The notes under the pieces: model-generated
Seen by the model: the letters and a program-made list of their open reading frames with translations, nothing else
Told to the model about the DNA's origin: nothing
The model's database searches: none
DNA from: Rhodospirillaceae bacterium
GTDB taxonomy: Bacteria; Pseudomonadota; Alphaproteobacteria; UBA6615
NCBI GenBank assembly: GCA_038140435.1
Contig: JAYQGE010000005.1
Location: forward strand, 2,250-66,249
DNA length: 64,000 bases
Direction of reading: 5' to 3'
Part shown: positions 59,993 through 64,000 of the stretch, in pieces
Numbering within the stretch: position 1 is the first letter of the stretch
Layout: each line of letters opens with the position of its first letter
Translations under genes and position numbers: made by a program

Positions 59993-60922
59993 CTATCTCC
60001 GAACGATGACCGCGTCGACGCGGTCGGCGGGGCCGCCCTCCGCCTTGACGCCGAGCGCCCGGACATCCATCCGGGTGCTGCGGACGCCCTGGTCGATGAG
60101 GTGCGAGCGGACCTTGAGCGCGCGCGACAGGGACAGGCGCCGGGCATCCGGCGCGGATTCGTCCGTTCCCGCGGCATAGGCCTGGAGCTGGACGCGGACG
60201 CCGGAATCGCTCTTGAGCGTGCGGGCCAGGGCATCGAGTTCCGCTTTCGCGACGTCGGTCAGGTTCGCCGAACCCGCATCGAAGATGATGCGCGTCTCGT
60301 CACCGTCCGAAACGGACACGGGCGGGACCGCGGCCGTCTGGGTAGGCGGCGGCGGCGGAGAATCCGCCGAGGGCGTCGATGTCGGCGCGGCGGGAGCCGG
60401 CGGCGGTGTCACTTCGGGCGCGGCAGGGGTTGCCGGCGCTGTCGCGGCGGGCGTGGCCGGGGCCGCGGGAGCCGGCGGCTCCGGCGCCGGCGGGGTTGCG
60501 GCGGCCATCGCGGGCGCGGGTTCTGCCGCGGCGGGCGGCTTCGGCGCGGCGGCGGGTGCCGTCACCGGGGCGGTGCTGGCCTGCCGCGCAGGCGGTGCGG
60601 AGCGCGCGGTCGGTGCGGTGAGCGCAATGCTGCGGTTCGCGAGGGGGCCTTCCAGCCGCGAGACCGGCTTCTGTGCCGGCGGGAACAGCGTAAATCCGTC
60701 GTTCGAAACAATCGCGGGGCCGGTTCCGCCGGGGAACCGTGCGGGTGCGCCGCCGCCGCCGAGCACACTGAGATCGACGACGACACCGTTGGTGCTGCCG
60801 AGGGCGCGCTGCTGGGCGTCCGCCGGCACCGTGAGAAGCAATCCGGCCGTTATGGCGACGGCCGATGCCGTCAGCGTGCCGCGAATACCCCGCAGGGCCG
60901 TGTTGGGATGTTGCCGTGTCAT
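59993..60922 (-). CDS. OmpA-like domain protein with signal peptide and Pro/Ala linker
   Basis: Signal peptide ending ADA-Q; PA-rich linker; IIFDAGS, RRLSLSRA, DRVD. Confidence 0.8.
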   Translation of the reverse strand: MTRQHPNTALRGIRGTLTASAVAITAGLLLTVPADAQQRALGSTNGVVVDLSVLGGGGAPARFPGGTGPAIVSNDGFTLFPPAQKPVSRLEGPLANRSIALTAPTARSAPPARQASTAPVTAPAAAPKPPAAAEPAPAMAAATPPAPEPPAPAAPATPAATAPATPAAPEVTPPPAPAAPTSTPSADSPPPPPTQTAAVPPVSVSDGDETRIIFDAGSANLTDVAKAELDALARTLKSDSGVRVQLQAYAAGTDESAPDARRLSLSRALKVRSHLIDQGVRSTRMDVRALGVKAEGGPADRVDAVIVRR

Positions 60923-61027
60923 TTCGCCGGACCCGTTATTGATCGGTCGAGCCGCGAGGGCCCCGAATCTCGGGTGCGAACATACCGTAACGGGGCCGAA
61001 ACCGACAACTGGGTCTAAGTATTGAGT

Positions 61028-61846
61028 TCAGCCCGCCGCGGCGCTGGGTGTCGGGCCGGGATCGGCCTCGCGCAGGCATTTGCGCAGTTTTTCGTGGATG
61101 CGGTCGTTGCCGGCGACGACCTCGCCGGTGACCAGCATGCTGTCGCGCCCGGCGATATCGCTGACGAAGCCGCCCGCCTCACGCACGATCAGGATGCCCG
61201 CCGCGATGTCCCAGATGTTGAGATCGAACTCCCAGAACCCGTCGAAGCGCCCCGCCGCAAGATAGGCCAGGTCAAGGGCCGCGGAGCCGTAGCGGCGAAT
61301 GCCCGCCACTTCGCCCATCACGCCGCGCAGGGTCGCCAGGTAGCGGTCGTGGTCGCCGTGGCCCAGGAACGGCATCCCGGTGGCGATCAGCGCCTCGGAC
61401 ATGTGCTGGCGTGCCGAGACCCGCAGGCGGGCGTCGTTCAGATAGGCGCCCGTGCCGCGCTCTGCCCAGAACAGCTCGTCGGTGAGCGGGTGGTACACGA
61501 TGCCGGCGACGATCTGGCCGCGCTCCTCGAGCGCGATCGAGATGGCGAACTTCGGCAGGCCGTGCAGAAAATTGGTGGTGCCGTCGAGGGGATCGACGAT
61601 CCAGCGGTGGACCCCGTCACCCTCGGACCGGGTGCCGCCTTCCTCGCCGAGGAAGCCGAAGGCGGGGCGCGCCTTCTCCAGCTCGTAGCGCACCGTCTCT
61701 TCGGCCCGGCGATCAGCGGCGGTCACGAAGTCGGCCGCGCCCTTGCGCGAGACCTGGAGCTGCTCGACCTCGCCGAAGTCGCGCGAAAGATCGCGGCCCG
61801 CCCGGCGGGCCGCCTTGTCCATCACATTGATGATCGCCGGTCGCAT
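61028..61846 (-). CDS. suhB: Inositol monophosphatase family protein
   Basis: DFVT, GEE, WIVDPLDGTTNF, GSAALDL, WDIAAG. Confidence 0.92.
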   Translation of the reverse strand: MRPAIINVMDKAARRAGRDLSRDFGEVEQLQVSRKGAADFVTAADRRAEETVRYELEKARPAFGFLGEEGGTRSEGDGVHRWIVDPLDGTTNFLHGLPKFAISIALEERGQIVAGIVYHPLTDELFWAERGTGAYLNDARLRVSARQHMSEALIATGMPFLGHGDHDRYLATLRGVMGEVAGIRRYGSAALDLAYLAAGRFDGFWEFDLNIWDIAAGILIVREAGGFVSDIAGRDSMLVTGEVVAGNDRIHEKLRKCLREADPGPTPSAAAG

Positions 61847-61849
61847 GCG

Positions 61850-62419
61850 TCAGCCGCGCGCGCGCTCGACATAGGTCGCATCGGCGGTGGACACAACCAC
61901 GGCCGTGCCCGCCTCGATGTGCGGCGGCACCTGGATGCGCACGCCGTTCTCGAGCATCGCCGGCTTGTAGGACGACGTCGCCGTCTGCCCCTTGACCACC
62001 GGGTCCGCCTCGACGACCTCGAGGGTGACACGCTCGGGCAGCTCGACGCCGATCGGCTCCTCTTCGTAGGACTCGATCTGGACGACCATGCCGTCCTGCA
62101 GGAACCGCGACTGGTCGGGATCGATCACGTCCTCGCTCAGGGTCACCTGCTCGTAGTTTTCCTGGTCCATGAAGGTGTGGGACGTGCCGTCGCTGAACAG
62201 ATACTGGTACTCCTTCTGGTCCAGCCGGACGCGCTCGACGGATTCCGACGAGCGGAAGCGCTCGTTGAGCTTGGTGCCGTCGCGGATGTCCTTGAGCTCG
62301 ACCTGCAGGAACGCGCCGCCCTTGCCCGGTTTCACATGCTGGGTCTTCACCGCGCGCCAGAGCCGGTTCTGGTGTTCGATCACGTTGCCGGGTCGAATTT
62401 CGTTGCCGTCGATCTTCAT
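61850..62419 (-). CDS. efp: Elongation factor P
   Basis: [30 protein letters not shown]. Confidence 0.96.
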   Translation of the reverse strand: MKIDGNEIRPGNVIEHQNRLWRAVKTQHVKPGKGGAFLQVELKDIRDGTKLNERFRSSESVERVRLDQKEYQYLFSDGTSHTFMDQENYEQVTLSEDVIDPDQSRFLQDGMVVQIESYEEEPIGVELPERVTLEVVEADPVVKGQTATSSYKPAMLENGVRIQVPPHIEAGTAVVVSTADATYVERARG

Positions 62420-62526
62420 GGTCTTCGCCTGTGGGGTTGTCACTTCGCGGTTCCGCGCCTTCGCGCCGGGGTGCCGCGGCGCGTCTCTAGCAGGTGCGGC
62501 GTGGGTTTTCCAGCCCGGCCGGGGCT

Positions 62527-63204
62527 CTAGTCGCAGGCGGCGTTGAACGCGCGCACCGCAGCCGCAGGGCCATCGGGGTGCGCCCAGACGCCCGCGGACA
62601 CGGCGAGGAAATCCGCGCCCGCCGCGATCAGGGGGGCGCAATTGTCGGTGGTGATGCCGCCGATCGCGACGCAAGGCACCTCCGTGACGTCGGACCACCA
62701 GGTGAGGATGTCGCGCCCGGCGCGGCTCTTCGGCGCCTTGGTGCTGGTGTCGTAGAACGCGCCAAAGGCCACATAGTCCGCGCCGGCCTCCGCCGCCTCG
62801 AGCGCGAGATGGCGGGAATCGTGACAGGTCACGCCGACGATGGCATCCGTCCCCATGGCGCGGCGCGCGTCGTCGTAGGACGCGTCGTCCTGTCCCACAT
62901 GCACCCCGTCGCATCCGAGTTCCGCCGCCAGGTCCGGCCGGTCGTTCAGCACGAAGGCGACGTCATGTTCCCGGGTGATGGGCAGGAGCGCGGTGACGGC
63001 CCGCCGAATCTCGTCGTCCGCGACCGGGGATTCATCCGGGCCTTTCAGGCGAAGTTGCAGGCAGGCGACATCGCCTGCGTCGAGCGCCGCCGCGAGCGCG
63101 TCGGCGAACGCCGGGAGGCGGTCGCCGCCGAGATCGGGCGGGCTGATCAGGTAGAGCCGGCAGCGGGCCGCGTCGCCCGCCGCGTCTGTCGCGGCCGGGC
63201 TCAG
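62527..63204 (-). CDS. thiE: Thiamine phosphate synthase (probable CTG start)
   Basis: [38 protein letters not shown]; frame open to a CTG overlapping the fbaB stop. Confidence 0.85.
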   Translation of the reverse strand: MSPAATDAAGDAARCRLYLISPPDLGGDRLPAFADALAAALDAGDVACLQLRLKGPDESPVADDEIRRAVTALLPITREHDVAFVLNDRPDLAAELGCDGVHVGQDDASYDDARRAMGTDAIVGVTCHDSRHLALEAAEAGADYVAFGAFYDTSTKAPKSRAGRDILTWWSDVTEVPCVAIGGITTDNCAPLIAAGADFLAVSAGVWAHPDGPAAAVRAFNAACD

Positions 63205-64000
63205 AACTTGCCCTGGTAGATCTTGATGATGTTGCCGAGAAGCTCGAGCGCGTCCTCGCGGGACCGCTGGAAGGAGTTGCGGCCGATGATCGAGCCGTTC
63301 GCGCCGCCATCACGAAGCTGGCGGATTTCGGCATAGACCTCGTCGGTGCCCTTCGCCGCGCCGCCGGAGAACACCACCAGGCGGCGGCCGCCGAAGGAGC
63401 TCTCCATGACATGGGCGATGCGCGCCTCGAGGCTCGCGATGTCGATCTTCTGCGCGTCGTACACCTTCTTGGCGTCACCGTTCTCGATGTGATCGGTCGG
63501 CGGCTTCACCTTGATGATGTTGGCGCCGAGCTGGGCGGCCATGTGCGCCGCGTAGGCCGTCACGTCGATGGCGGTCTCGCCCTCCCTGGAGAGGTTGCCG
63601 CCGCGCGGATAGGACCAGATGACGGTGGCGAGGCCGAAGGCCTTCGCCTCCTCGGAAATCTCGCGGATCTCCTCGATCATCTCGAAGGCATCGTCGGAGC
63701 CGGGATAGATCGTGAAGCCCACCGCGGCGCAGCCGAGGCGGAGCGCGTCGCCGACCGAGGCGGTGATCGCCTGGTCCTTGCTGGTCGCATGCGAGTTGGA
63801 CGAGTTCATCTTGAGGATCAGCGGGACCGAGCCGGCATAGCTGTCGGCGGCCGCCTCGATCTGGCCCAGCGGGGCCGCGTAGGCGTTCAGGCCGGCGTCG
63901 ATGGCGAGCTGCGGGAAATAGTGCGGGTCGTAGGCCGGCGGGTTCGGCGCGAAGCTGCGGGCCGGGCCGTGCTCCCAGCCCTGGTCCACCGGCAGGATGA
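63201..64000 (-). CDS. fbaB: Class I fructose-bisphosphate aldolase (5' part outside the window)
   Basis: [36 protein letters not shown]. Confidence 0.93.
   Translation of the reverse strand, partial: ILPVDQGWEHGPARSFAPNPPAYDPHYFPQLAIDAGLNAYAAPLGQIEAAADSYAGSVPLILKMNSSNSHATSKDQAITASVGDALRLGCAAVGFTIYPGSDDAFEMIEEIREISEEAKAFGLATVIWSYPRGGNLSREGETAIDVTAYAAHMAAQLGANIIKVKPPTDHIENGDAKKVYDAQKIDIASLEARIAHVMESSFGGRRLVVFSGGAAKGTDEVYAEIRQLRDGGANGSIIGRNSFQRSREDALELLGNIIKIYQGKF

Noticed and set aside
60340-60620. GC-rich quasi-repeats
   Set aside because: They encode the Pro/Ala linker of the OmpA-like protein

Overview
High-GC chromosomal segment from an alphaproteobacterium, probably Rhodospirillales-like (inferred from class I LysRS, DUF1013/TrcR, usg-groESL, cysteine-free L31 and the fbaB-thiE-efp-suhB order). 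It holds about 55 protein genes, mostly housekeeping or metabolic: an aerobic benzoyl-CoA (box) cluster, pyrC/hisI/COG0523, an lhr-pdeM-photolyase repair block, phoX, ctaA, korAB plus an FprA-like reductase, a Liv-type ABC transporter, groESL, dinG, lysS, def, purKE, metY, a MetE-like enzyme, ibpA, rpmE, an orphan MotA/MotB-like pair, suhB, efp, thiE and fbaB. I saw no rRNA, tRNA, CRISPR array, integrase or transposase. Best leads: (1) a DUF559/Vsr-like endonuclease gene wrapped in palindromic REP-like units inside the box operon, with two more unrelated REP-dimer families elsewhere in the window; (2) a probable zinc-sparing trio (PyrC with H->Q, HisI with C->D, COG0523); (3) an orphan ZorAB/MotAB-like motor in a housekeeping locus; (4) an intergenic anti-SD sRNA candidate resembling suhB/MmgR; (5) thiE apparently starting at CTG. 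All calls come from reading the sequence by eye; no searches were run.
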